Part shown: positions 30,331 to 40,356 of the stretch, piece by piece
How the letters are laid out: each line of letters begins with the position of its first letter
Position numbering within the stretch: position 1 is the first letter of the stretch
NCBI GenBank assembly: GCA_903869825.1
Contig: CAIQAL010000001.1
Span: 7,185 to 71,184, forward strand
Direction of reading: 5' to 3'
Length of the DNA stretch: 64,000 bases
Origin: an uncultured bacterium
GTDB lineage: Bacteria > Patescibacteriota > Minisyncoccia > Phycocordibacterales > UBA9973
Made by a program: the position numbers and the translations under genes
The notes under the pieces: model-generated
Seen by the model: the letters and a program-made list of their open reading frames with translations, nothing else
Told to the model about the DNA's origin: nothing
Database searches by the model: none

Positions 30331-32116
30331 ATGGAAATTCTAAACGAGATTTGTCAAAATTGTAAAGAAGATTTTTTGATTGATTATGAAGACTTAAGTT
30401 TTTACGAAAAAATGAAAGTCCCTCCGCCGACGTTTTGTTGGCTTTGTCGGGCACAAAGACGAATGGCATGGCGCAACGAGAGTAGTCTCTTTAAAAGAAA
30501 AAGTGATTATTCCGGAAAAGAGATTTTTTCTGCGTTTTCTCCGGAATCACCAGTAAAAGTATATGAAAAAGATGTTTGGCTTTCCGATGTTTGGGAACCA
30601 ATAGATTACGGCAGAGAATATGATTTTTCAAAGTCTTTTTTTGAACAATTCAAGGAGTTACTTCGCACTGTACCACTAAAAAATTTAAACGTTATTCGTG
30701 GAGTGAACAGTGATTATTGCAACAACATAACAAATCCAAAAAATTCTTATTTATGTTTCAACGGAAAGGATGCGGAAGATTGTATGTATTCAAATGGACT
30801 GGCATACTTAAAAGACTGTGTAGATAGTTCTAACTGCGCCAAAAGCGAACGATGCTATGAATCTTTTTGGTTGAATTCTTGTACAGACACAGTTTTTTCT
30901 TCTCAGTGTCAAAATTCTTTTAAGTTATCTTTTTGTCGAGACTGCGCCAATTGTAATGATTGTTTTGGCTGCGTAGGGCTGAGAGGGAAAAGTTATTGTG
31001 TTTTTAATGAACCTTATAACAAAGAAAATTATTTTAAAAAAATTAATGAATACGATGTTTCCTCATATGTTGGCTTGCAGAATCTTTTAAAATTAAGGGC
31101 AGAGTTTTGGAAAAAATTTCCTAGAAAATTTATCGAGGGGTATCAAAATACAAATGTAGCAGGGAATTATATTGATAATTCCAGAAATGTGCGAAATTCA
31201 TATTTGATACGGGAGGGAGAAAATTTACGGTATTGCCAATATGTTCAAGAATTACCTGGAAGTAAGGATTGTTATGACTACACTGCCTGGGGGGACTCCA
31301 ACGAACTAGTGTATGAGTGCTCAGCTTGTGGTAACGGTACAAATTCAATTAAGTTTTGCTACAATGTTCAAGAAAACTCCTATAACGTAGAATATTCCTA
31401 TATGTGCACGGGTTCTTCATATTTATTTATTTGGTTGTGTTGGTTTAAAGAAAAAACAGTATTGTATTTTTAATAAACAGTATCCAAAAGAAGAATATGA
31501 AGTAATTGTTGAAAAAATTAAAAAACAAATGAACGAAATACCTTACTTGGATAAGAAAGGAAGAATATATAAATACGGAGAATTTTTTCCTATTGAACTT
31601 TCACCTTTTGCCTATAATGAAACATTAGCTCAAGAGTTTTTTGTTAAATCAGTTAAAGAAGCCAAAGAAGATGGATATTCTTGGACAAATGATGCTGACA
31701 AAAATTATGTTCCTACTAAAAGAACAAACGATTTACCGAACAGAATAGAAGAGGTTTCTGATGAAATTGTTAATGAGATTGTTGAATGTGAACATCAAGG
31801 CAAGTGTAATGACCGCTGTGCGACAGCTTTCAGAATTACTGAAAAAGAGCTCCAGTTTTATAGAAGGATGAAAATTCCTCTACCAAGACTTTGTCCCAAT
31901 TGCCGTCATTTTAAACGTTTGGAACAACGAACATTGTTGCAGACAGTGCATAAGAATTGTCAGTGTGCCGGCAATAATTCAGATGGTGGAATTTACAACA
32001 ACACAGTTGAACATCCTCATGGTGACAAACCTTGCTCTAATGAATTTGAAACAAATTATACTAGTGACACCGATATTATCTATTGTGAGAATTGCTACAA
32101 GAAAGAAGTGTATTAG
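30331..32116 (+). pseudogene. Cys-rich Zn-ribbon/repeat protein, copy 2, frameshifted (+4 nt)
   Basis: ORFs 30331-31473 and 31529-32116 join if one ATTT unit is removed from (ATTT)3 at 31421-31432, restoring SSYLFGCVGLKKKQYCIFNKQY. Confidence 0.85.
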
Positions 32117-32160
32117 TTCTTTGTTGTTCACAAATTTGATTTATACTATATAATATAAGA

Positions 32161-33459
32161 GTGAAGAATTATTTAAAAAAAAATTTACCAATAACCATTA
32201 TTGCTATTTTAGCTCTTGTTCCTATAATTAGATGGTTTTGCTTAGAACAAATGTCATTTCGTTTTTTTGATTTGAATTCCACCTCCACTTCTTTTGGGCA
32301 GATTACAGGACTTCTCGGAATGATGCTCTTTTCGTTAAATTTGATAATAAGCAATCGAAATAAATTCTTTGATGATTTTTTTTCGGGAATGGACCATTTC
32401 TATGATACCCATAAATGGCTAGGACAGATGGCTTTTTCACTTCTATTATTTCATCCGATTTTTTTAGTGGTAAAATATTTAAGTGTTTCCGTGCACGATG
32501 CAGCTTTTTTTCTGATTCCAAGTGGAAATTTTGCCAATACTATGGGCATTGTTGCTCTTTTTGGGATGATTCTACTTTTAGGTATTACCCTCTACTTGAA
32601 AATCAAATATCATATCTGGAGGTTTTCTCATAAATTTATGGTTTTAGTTTTTTGTTTCGCCATTTTGCATGTGATTTTAATTTCAAGCGATGTCTCTAGA
32701 GATCTCTTTTTAAGATATTATATTTTACTCTTTGCATTCATCGGACTTGTCTTCGGATTTTACCGGTCATTTTTGAGGATATTTTTCAATAACGATTATG
32801 AACTGAAGGTGAAGCGGTTAACTATTTTAAATAATAGTGTAACTGAGATAGAATTGACCCCAAAAGAAAAAATTTATTTTATCCCTGGCCAATTTCTTTT
32901 TATTCGTTTTTTTGGAAAAGAAATAAGTTCCGAACCGCATCCATTTTCATTTAGTTCTGCTCCAGGAGAAAGTAGTGTTAAAATTGCGATTAAATCTTTG
33001 GGGGACTATACTAGTAAAGTAAAAAATATCAAGAAAGGAACCAAGGCAAAGATAGAAGGCCCGTATGGAAAATTTTATGAAGTTGAAAAAGGGAAAAAAG
33101 AGATTTGGATTGCCGGCGGAGTCGGAATTACTCCATTCTTAAGTATGGCTAGAAGTCTTGAAGAAATAACCAATCAAATAGATTTGTACTATACTGTAGT
33201 AGAGAAGAAAGAACTTATTTTCTCGGAGGAGTTACAGTGGATTGCAGACAGAAATAAAAATTTTCGATTTTTTCCATGGCACTCGAGAGAAAATGGATAT
33301 TTAAATGCGTTAAAAATTAAAGAACTGAGCAGTGGGTTATTGGACGCAGATATATTTATTTGCGGGCCACTTTCCTTAATGAGAGCTTTAAAAAAACAAT
33401 TTATTAGTTTGGGAGTCGAAAAGAAAAATATACATTTTGAAGAATTTAATCTTTTATGA
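32161..33459 (+). CDS. Ferric-reductase-like transmembrane flavocytochrome (heme b TM domain + FAD/NAD(P)H domain)
   Basis: Paired TM His residues (THKWLG..FHP; SHKF..LHV), PGQF, HPFS, GDYT, EGPYG, AGGVGITPF, CGP, terminal EEF. Confidence 0.9.
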   Translation: MKNYLKKNLPITIIAILALVPIIRWFCLEQMSFRFFDLNSTSTSFGQITGLLGMMLFSLNLIISNRNKFFDDFFSGMDHFYDTHKWLGQMAFSLLLFHPIFLVVKYLSVSVHDAAFFLIPSGNFANTMGIVALFGMILLLGITLYLKIKYHIWRFSHKFMVLVFCFAILHVILISSDVSRDLFLRYYILLFAFIGLVFGFYRSFLRIFFNNDYELKVKRLTILNNSVTEIELTPKEKIYFIPGQFLFIRFFGKEISSEPHPFSFSSAPGESSVKIAIKSLGDYTSKVKNIKKGTKAKIEGPYGKFYEVEKGKKEIWIAGGVGITPFLSMARSLEEITNQIDLYYTVVEKKELIFSEELQWIADRNKNFRFFPWHSRENGYLNALKIKELSSGLLDADIFICGPLSLMRALKKQFISLGVEKKNIHFEEFNLL

Positions 33460-33974
33460 AAAAACTAACTGGGGTATCTTTGTTTATATATTTTTGTGTT
33501 GTGACTGCAATCTTAATTGTTGGACTTCTTTTTTATCAAATTAAAAATAACAATAGCAACGGCACCACAGGACCAAACACAAGAGCTCAAAATAAAACTG
33601 CAGATTTAGCAAATCTTCTGTCTTCCGGGGCTGCATTGCTTGATAACGTGGAAGTTTCTAAGCACAATGCCATTTCTGATTGTTGGATTATTGTGAATAG
33701 TAAAATTTATGATATTTCCGGCTATGCATCAGCTCATCCGGGCGGGGTAAGAAATATTGCATCATCTTGCGGAAAAGAATCTACTCAAGCTTACGACACA
33801 AAAGGGGGAAGAGGGAGTCCTCATTCGGCGTCGGCGAACCAAATGCTTGCACAATATTATATAGGAGATTTAAACCAAAAAATCAATCAAAGTACTCTTA
33901 CTCAAAATATTCAAAAAGCAAAAACTAACCCGGTTTCGGCAGTTTCAACGCAAGACGCTGGGTCGGATGATTAG
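33456..33974 (+). CDS. Membrane-anchored cytochrome b5-like heme-binding protein
   Basis: EVSKHN..DCWIIVNSKIYDI, HPGG, CGKE.T, HSASA..L..Y.IG. Confidence 0.9.
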   Translation: MKKLTGVSLFIYFCVVTAILIVGLLFYQIKNNNSNGTTGPNTRAQNKTADLANLLSSGAALLDNVEVSKHNAISDCWIIVNSKIYDISGYASAHPGGVRNIASSCGKESTQAYDTKGGRGSPHSASANQMLAQYYIGDLNQKINQSTLTQNIQKAKTNPVSAVSTQDAGSDD

Positions 33975-34015
33975 CGTTTGTTTTTTTAAGAAATTGTGAT
34001 ATAGTAAAAAAGACG

Positions 34016-34038
34016 AAAAAAGCCCGAAGGCTTTTTTT
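34016..34038 (+). terminator. Terminator-like hairpin upstream of typA
   Basis: aaaaaagcc-cgaa-ggcttttttt. Confidence 0.65.
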
Positions 34039-34052
34039 GATTAAACAACAAT

Positions 34053-35861
34053 ATGGAAATTAGAAATATCGCAATTATTGCTCACGTGGACCACGGTAAG
34101 ACAAAACTGACCGATTCTTTGATGAAGCAAAATGGTGGTTTGCAGGATGAAAATATCTCAATGGACTCGAACGATTTAGAAAAAGAGCGCGGGATTACAA
34201 TTTATTCCAAAAATACTTCCATTTATTATAAAGATACAAAAATTAACATCGTAGACACGCCTGGTCACGCTGACTTTGGTTCAGAGGTTGAACGAGTATT
34301 GAGAGCTATCGACTCAGTACTTCTCTTGGTGGACGCAGTAGAAGGTCCGATGCCCCAGACTCGGTTTGTTTTAAAAAAATCTCTAGAACTTGGTTTAAAG
34401 CCGATAGTGGTAATAAACAAAATAGACAAAAAAGCAGCTGATCCGCATCGAGCACACGAAGAAGTGTTAGATTTATTTTTTGAGCTTGGTGCAAGCGAAG
34501 AACAGGCAAATTTTGAAACGGTTTACGCAATTGGTCGGGAAGGGATTGCTAAGAAAAATTTAAATGATGAATCAATTGACCTGACTCCGCTTCTAGATGT
34601 AATTTTAGAAAAAGTGCCACCAGCTTCTTTAAATGAGAGTGGACTAATGAGCGCTCAAGTTTTTAATTTGGGTTACGATAATTTTTTAGGACGACTTGCT
34701 ATTGCCAGAATTTATTCCGGCAAAATGGATTCCGGCAGTCAGGTTTTTGTAAAAGGAGAGAATGGAACCAGAACCGGGAAAATTACAAAACTTTTTACCT
34801 TTGAGGGAGTTCAGAGAAAAGAAGTGCGTGAAGTAACATCTGGAGACATTGTGCTTCTATCGGGGATTCCGGATATTTATATCGGGGAAACGATTTGTGA
34901 AAATGAATCAGTCGCGCCAATGCCACACATTGCTATTGACGAGCCGACGATTTCACTTAACTTTTTAGTAAACGATTCTCCTTTTGCCGGGAAAGAAGGT
35001 AAATTTGTTACTTCAAGGCAAATAAAAGAAAGACTTGAAAAAGAATTGGAAATGAATGTAGGATTAAAAGTTGATTTTTCACCCGACCAGGGAAAAGTTA
35101 AATCTGGTCCAAGTTTTTTTAAAGTTTATGGTCGGGGGGAATTACATATTGCAATTCTACTCGAAAATATGAGGAGAGAAGGTTTTGAGATGCAGGTTTC
35201 TCAGCCAGAAGTAATTATCAAAGATATTGATGGAGCAAAGACTGAACCTTATGAAGAATTGATAATTGATGTACCAAACGAATCATCAGGCGCAGTAATC
35301 GAGAAGATTGGAAAGCGTAGAGGATTAATGAAAAATATGTCCGAAAAAGAAGGTATTTCAAGAATAACTTTTGATATCCCGACCAGGGGGTTATTAGGAT
35401 ACAGAGGGGAATTTATTGTAGACACAAAAGGGGAAGGGATAATGTCCTCACGTGTTTTAGGATTCAGGGAGTTCGCTGGGGAAATAAAGAAAAGAGAGTA
35501 TGGTTCAATGGCTTCAATGGTTGGAGGAAAGGCAGTAGCCTTCTCCCTTGCAAATTTACAGGAACGTGGTATACTTTATATAGGACACGGTGAGGAAGTT
35601 TACGAAGGAATGGTCATCGGGAACGTCCTAAAAGGAAATGATATGGCAGTAAATCCAACTAAAGGGAAGCAATTGACCAATATGCGTGCTTCCGGTACCG
35701 ATGATGCTATCGTCCTTAATCCAGCCTTTAATTTAAATATAGAAAGAGGCCTGGAAGTTATGGGAGACGACGAATATCTGGAAATTACTCCAAAGAGCGT
35801 GAGACTCAGAAAAAAATATTTAACCGAGCTTGATCGAATAAGAATAAATAGGCTTGCTTAA
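34053..35861 (+). CDS. typA: Translational GTPase TypA/BipA
   Basis: RNIAIIAHVDHGK, DTPGHADFG.EVER, GRGELH, TNMRASG, EITPKSVRLRK. Confidence 0.97.
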   Translation: MEIRNIAIIAHVDHGKTKLTDSLMKQNGGLQDENISMDSNDLEKERGITIYSKNTSIYYKDTKINIVDTPGHADFGSEVERVLRAIDSVLLLVDAVEGPMPQTRFVLKKSLELGLKPIVVINKIDKKAADPHRAHEEVLDLFFELGASEEQANFETVYAIGREGIAKKNLNDESIDLTPLLDVILEKVPPASLNESGLMSAQVFNLGYDNFLGRLAIARIYSGKMDSGSQVFVKGENGTRTGKITKLFTFEGVQRKEVREVTSGDIVLLSGIPDIYIGETICENESVAPMPHIAIDEPTISLNFLVNDSPFAGKEGKFVTSRQIKERLEKELEMNVGLKVDFSPDQGKVKSGPSFFKVYGRGELHIAILLENMRREGFEMQVSQPEVIIKDIDGAKTEPYEELIIDVPNESSGAVIEKIGKRRGLMKNMSEKEGISRITFDIPTRGLLGYRGEFIVDTKGEGIMSSRVLGFREFAGEIKKREYGSMASMVGGKAVAFSLANLQERGILYIGHGEEVYEGMVIGNVLKGNDMAVNPTKGKQLTNMRASGTDDAIVLNPAFNLNIERGLEVMGDDEYLEITPKSVRLRKKYLTELDRIRINRLA

Positions 35862-35873
35862 AGGGTAAAAAAT

Positions 35874-35901
35874 TTGACACAAATTGTACGATGTGTATAA
35901 T
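35874..35901 (+). promoter_or_regulatory. Consensus sigma70 promoter
   Basis: TTGACA (35874-35879), 16-nt spacer, TATAAT (35896-35901). Confidence 0.75.
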
Positions 35902-35941
35902 TAAGGTATAAAAAAGGTTATTATTTTTAATTTACAAAAAA

Positions 35942-36970
35942 ATGTCAACAATAACATTTAAACCAAAACAAGTTACAAAAAAAATCACTTCTCATCTCCA
36001 TGACCGTGCAAACGACGTAATAATGAACCGTTTTGGTTTGAATTCTGACGCTGAAAGAAAGACCTTGGAAGAAATCGGGAAGAAATACAGCATCACTCGC
36101 GAGAGGGTTAGACAAATCGAAGAAGCGGCTCTTACTTTGATAAAAAAATCAGAAGCTTACAAAGAAGAGCAGGCGGTTTTTGACGAATTGAAACAAGTGA
36201 TAAACTCTCTTGGTTCGATTGTTGCCGAACATGAACTTCTCCCTCATATCTCCAAAGATAAAGCAACCCAAAATCACATTCATTTTTATTTGGTACTTGG
36301 TGACGCATTTAAAAAACATCGTGAAGATAATAATTTTCATACCCGCTGGAGTGTGGATGATGAAGTAGCGGCAAAAGTTCATGAATCTTTGAAAAAACTT
36401 TATATCAGTTTGAAAGACGAAGACTTGATTACCGAAACAGAAATGATTAAAAGATTTTGCGACCAAACTAAAGAGGTTGCTGAAGAATATAAGAATGAAG
36501 AAATCATCAAACGATGGCTTTCAATGTCGAAAACTATTTCAAAAAATCCATTGGGAGAATGGGGGAAATCAACCTCTCCAAATATTCGTACTCGTGGCGT
36601 AAAAGATTATGCATTTCTCGTAATGAGACGCCATGGATCCCCAATGCACTTTCGAGAAGTGGCTGACAATATTTCAAAAACTTTTCACCGAAAAACTCAC
36701 TATGCCACTTGTCACAATGAACTTATCAAAGACCCAAGGTTCGTATTGGTAGGTCGTGGTATGTATGCACTAGCTGAATGGGGGTACAAAGCCGGAATTG
36801 CTCGAGAAATCATCCGAGATATTTTGAAACGAGAAGGACCACTTTCAAAAGACGATGTAGTTGAGAGAGTAATGAAAGAAAGATATTTTAAGAAAAACAC
36901 TATTTTAGTAAACTTGGTAAACTCAAAGTACTTCAAAAAAAACAAATCGGGACTTTACGCCTTAGTCTAA
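35942..36970 (+). CDS. Sigma70 region-4 HTH fused to a HARE-HTH (RNAP delta-like) domain
   Basis: RFGL..KTLEEIGKKYSITRERVRQIE at the N-terminus; PMHFREV..HNELIKDPRFVLVGRGMYALAEW near the C-terminus. Confidence 0.8.
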   Translation: MSTITFKPKQVTKKITSHLHDRANDVIMNRFGLNSDAERKTLEEIGKKYSITRERVRQIEEAALTLIKKSEAYKEEQAVFDELKQVINSLGSIVAEHELLPHISKDKATQNHIHFYLVLGDAFKKHREDNNFHTRWSVDDEVAAKVHESLKKLYISLKDEDLITETEMIKRFCDQTKEVAEEYKNEEIIKRWLSMSKTISKNPLGEWGKSTSPNIRTRGVKDYAFLVMRRHGSPMHFREVADNISKTFHRKTHYATCHNELIKDPRFVLVGRGMYALAEWGYKAGIAREIIRDILKREGPLSKDDVVERVMKERYFKKNTILVNLVNSKYFKKNKSGLYALV

Positions 36971-36976
36971 AAAATT

Positions 36977-37011
36977 AAAAAGGACGGGGAGCTAAGCTTT
37001 TCGTCTTTTTT
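36977..37011 (+). terminator. Intrinsic terminator
   Basis: aggacggggagc-taa-gcttttcgtctt followed by a T-tract. Confidence 0.65.
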
Positions 37012-37053
37012 AATTGCTTCCTTTTATTATCTTTCTGTATTAAAATGTAAGGC

Positions 37054-38364
37054 ATGGAGAGTATTTTAATAACTGCCTTTAATTTCATCATTAGTGTTAT
37101 CCTATGGCTTTCTCCGCTTATCGGGGCGCTACTTTTAGGTTGGGCTGCTTGGAATATCTGGCTTCATTATGTCCAGCAAAGTTTTATTTCTGGAATCGAT
37201 TATTGTCTTCTTGAAATAGTCCCGCCGAGAGATGTGCTAAGGTCCCCACGGGGAATGGAATTATTTTTTACTTCTGCCCTTTATCATAAAAGCAATAAGG
37301 GAGGGGTAGAAGAATATTGGCAAGGAGCGGTATGGTTCTGGTTTTCCCTTGAGATTGCTTCGATTGACGGGCAGGTTCATTTTTATGTTCGTACTCCGAC
37401 TCGGGTGAAGGGGTTAATTGAAACCCAGATGTATGCTCAGTACCCTCAAGCTCAGGTAAAAGAAGTTGAAGACTATACTTTAGCAATTGATGAAATTTCC
37501 GAAAACAGTGAATATAATCTTTGGGGATGTGAATTTAAATTAAATAAACCCGAATCGTTTCCACTTAAAACTTACGTGGATTTTGGTTTAGATAAAGATC
37601 CAAAGGAAGAATTTAAAGTTGATCCCATTTCTTCAATCATTGAGCTTTTCGGTTCAATTAAAAAGGGAGAACAAATGTGGATGCAAATTGTTGTTACTCC
37701 TGCCCGTCAAAAATATCATACGGAAGGAACTTTTTTTAAGCATCACGACTGGGTAATAGAGGCGGAAATATTGATTAAAAAACAATTGGCAGAATACACT
37801 CGGGAGCATCCGAAGGCAGATGGAACTTTCGCCAAAGAAATTCGGGCCCCGGCATACATGGATGCTGTAGTAAAAGGAGCAGGAGGAAAAATTTTAAAGC
37901 TTGGATTTGATACAGGAATCAGAGTATGTTATGTGGCAAAAAGAGACGTTTTTGATATGAGCAGTCGCAGAAATATGCGTTTGATGTTTCGCCAGTTTGC
38001 GAGTCCATTTCTAAATCAGCTTGATCGTTATAATTCAACTCAGGCAGATGCTTTCGGTGGAAACTTTTTCAAATCATTTTTCTTGATTTCACGCAAGACT
38101 GTTACTCGTCTAGCAAACAGAATGCTGGAAGAATACCGAGAACGGGCCTTTTTCTACTTACCTTTACGACACCATCTTTCTGGGTTTATTCCCTGGCCTC
38201 TTTCGCCATATATTTTTCCAAATTACTTTCATCATAAAACTTTTGTGTTAAATACCGAAGAACTTGCGACTCTGTGGCACTTTCCAGGTCAAATGCTCAA
38301 GGTTCCTACTTTGGAACGTATTGAATCAAAAGAAGCTTCTCCTCCGACAAATTTGCCGATGTAA
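37054..38364 (+). CDS. Conserved CPR membrane protein resembling the N-terminal module often fused to VirD4/TraG-like ATPases (DUF8128-like)
   Basis: N-terminal TM; LLEIVPP, FSLEIAS, FYVRTP, YAQYPQA, PLKTY..F..DP, LNTEELATLWHFP, PP.NLP. Confidence 0.6.
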   Translation: MESILITAFNFIISVILWLSPLIGALLLGWAAWNIWLHYVQQSFISGIDYCLLEIVPPRDVLRSPRGMELFFTSALYHKSNKGGVEEYWQGAVWFWFSLEIASIDGQVHFYVRTPTRVKGLIETQMYAQYPQAQVKEVEDYTLAIDEISENSEYNLWGCEFKLNKPESFPLKTYVDFGLDKDPKEEFKVDPISSIIELFGSIKKGEQMWMQIVVTPARQKYHTEGTFFKHHDWVIEAEILIKKQLAEYTREHPKADGTFAKEIRAPAYMDAVVKGAGGKILKLGFDTGIRVCYVAKRDVFDMSSRRNMRLMFRQFASPFLNQLDRYNSTQADAFGGNFFKSFFLISRKTVTRLANRMLEEYRERAFFYLPLRHHLSGFIPWPLSPYIFPNYFHHKTFVLNTEELATLWHFPGQMLKVPTLERIESKEASPPTNLPM

Positions 38365-38370
38365 TATTTT

Positions 38371-39309
38371 ATGGAAAACGAATTTATCTCAAACAACCAA
38401 GTTGTCTCTGGCGACTATCATGCTGGACCAAAATTTTTACTAAAGAGAATTATTTTTTTACTATTTGGTTTAGTAACGTTTCTAGTACTTTTTTATGTTT
38501 TGTTTTTTAGTGCACCAAATAATTTTCCTAAAGGGATAGTAATAAGTATCGGAAAAGGTGAAAACCTAAGGAATCTTTCTCTTGATTTAAAACAAAAAAA
38601 AGTAATTCGTTCCAGAATTTCTTTTGAAGCATTTGTTATTTTATTAGGTGGGGAAAGACACATAGCGGAAGGAGATTATTTACTTGAAAATAAGTTGCCA
38701 GTTTTTGAAATGGCCAGACGCATAGTAAACAAAGATCGACACCTAGCCTCGATAAAGGTTACTATCCCTGAAGGTTTTGACAATATTCAAATTGCGGATA
38801 CTTTTGCGATTTCTTTAAAGAATTTTAATAAAGATAAGTTTCTAGGGAAAGCAAAAATAGGTTATCTTTTCCCAGACACTTATTTTTTCTTTTCTACTGA
38901 TGATGAAAGGGATGTCTTAGAGTACATGAACCAAAATTTTAATAAAAAATTAAAGCCATATATATCCGAAATTGTTTCTTCCGGAAAAAGTGAGAACGAA
39001 ATAATTGCAATGGCTTCTCTAATAGAGAAGGAAGCAAAAGGAAATGCGGATCGAGAAAATATTTCCGGAATTTTGTGGAATAGATTAGCGAAAAAGATGC
39101 CTTTGCAAGTTGATTCAGCTCCTGAGACGTATAAGGCTAGAGGGTTGCCTGAAAATCCGATTAGTAACCCTGGGCTATCTTCTATTATTGCTGCGATTCA
39201 TCCTTCTATTTCTAATTATTTATATTATTTACATGACAAAAATGGCTTGATTCACTATGCAAAGACTTTTGAGGAACATAAAATTAATAAAGCGAAATAC
39301 TTAAAGTAA
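38371..39309 (+). CDS. mltG: Endolytic transglycosylase MltG
   Basis: TM anchor, VTIPEG, GYLFPDTY, MASLIEKE, LQVD, GLPENPISNPG, YLYYLH. Confidence 0.92.
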   Translation: MENEFISNNQVVSGDYHAGPKFLLKRIIFLLFGLVTFLVLFYVLFFSAPNNFPKGIVISIGKGENLRNLSLDLKQKKVIRSRISFEAFVILLGGERHIAEGDYLLENKLPVFEMARRIVNKDRHLASIKVTIPEGFDNIQIADTFAISLKNFNKDKFLGKAKIGYLFPDTYFFFSTDDERDVLEYMNQNFNKKLKPYISEIVSSGKSENEIIAMASLIEKEAKGNADRENISGILWNRLAKKMPLQVDSAPETYKARGLPENPISNPGLSSIIAAIHPSISNYLYYLHDKNGLIHYAKTFEEHKINKAKYLK

Positions 39310-39317
39310 TTAAGAAT

Positions 39318-39845
39318 ATGAGAAAACACAATTTAGCTTTTATTGATATGGAAATGACTGGTCTGAATGTTATTAAACACGAAATTATTGAAATCGGTTG
39401 TGTTGTTACAGATTTATCTTTCAAAGTAATTGAGGAATTCGAGCTTAAAATAAAACCTGAGCGAATTGAACTGGCAGATCCTGTGGCACTCAAAATAAAT
39501 CATTATAACAAAAACGATTGGGAAGAAGCTTATGAAACAAAAGAAGCTTTAGAAGTTTTTACTAAGAAAGTTAAAGGTTGTATTATGGTTGGTCAAAATG
39601 TTGCCTTTGATTCAGGTTTTTTAGAGTACAACTTAGCAAAGTACAAATTGACAAATACGATGCATTATCATCGTTTAGATACCATCTCAATCGCTTGGGC
39701 AAAGTTGAATAGAAAAACGGATATTGATCATTATTCCTTACGAGAGCTGTGCAAATATTTTGGTATTACAAACATAAATCCTCACAGTGCTCTTTCTGAT
39801 GCTCGAGCTACGTTTGAACTTTATAAAAAACTTATGGATTTATAA
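39318..39845 (+). CDS. DEDDh 3'-5' exonuclease
   Basis: FIDMEMTGL, IIEIG, GQNVAFD, HSALSDA. Confidence 0.9.
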   Translation: MRKHNLAFIDMEMTGLNVIKHEIIEIGCVVTDLSFKVIEEFELKIKPERIELADPVALKINHYNKNDWEEAYETKEALEVFTKKVKGCIMVGQNVAFDSGFLEYNLAKYKLTNTMHYHRLDTISIAWAKLNRKTDIDHYSLRELCKYFGITNINPHSALSDARATFELYKKLMDL

Positions 39846-39850
39846 AACAG

Positions 39851-39889
39851 AAAAAAAAAGAACTCCGACAAATATGTCGGAGTTCTTTT
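39851..39889. terminator. Bidirectional intrinsic terminator
   Basis: aaaagaactccgaca-aata-tgtcggagttctttt. Confidence 0.85.
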
Positions 39890-39910
39890 GAAGTTAGTTT
39901 ACTTTTCTGA

Positions 39911-40306
39911 TTAATTAGGCGTAGTACTCGGGGTAGGGGTTGATGGTGTCGGAGAATAAACCATTTTTGAGTTCGGGCCATATTCGTTATCCCCAGGAGT
40001 GCTATCGGTGGCGGCAAGAATGATGAACCAAATAAATCCAGCGATAGGAATTAAATTTATTAAAACCATCCAGCCGCTTTTTCCAATGTCGTGCATTCTT
40101 CTGACTGAGACAGCGATGCTAGGGATTAATGTTGCTAAAGCATATATTATGGTAATAAAGTTAAAAACAGAACTTACTTTCGAAATAAGGATATTTAAAA
40201 TTATACTTATAATCAAGTTAAACAATAAAAAATACCAATATTCCGATCTTCTTGATCTCCCGCTAAACACTGCATACTTTTTTAAAACATCTAGATAATA
40301 GTGCAT
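39911..40306 (-). CDS. DUF805 family membrane protein
   Basis: KKYAVFSGRSRRSEYW, AVSVRRMHDIGKSGW, GDNEYGP. Confidence 0.92.
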   Translation of the reverse strand: MHYYLDVLKKYAVFSGRSRRSEYWYFLLFNLIISIILNILISKVSSVFNFITIIYALATLIPSIAVSVRRMHDIGKSGWMVLINLIPIAGFIWFIILAATDSTPGDNEYGPNSKMVYSPTPSTPTPSTTPN

Positions 40307-40356
40307 AGATTTTAACTTAATTTACAAATGTTGATAATATAGTTATTATAACAATA

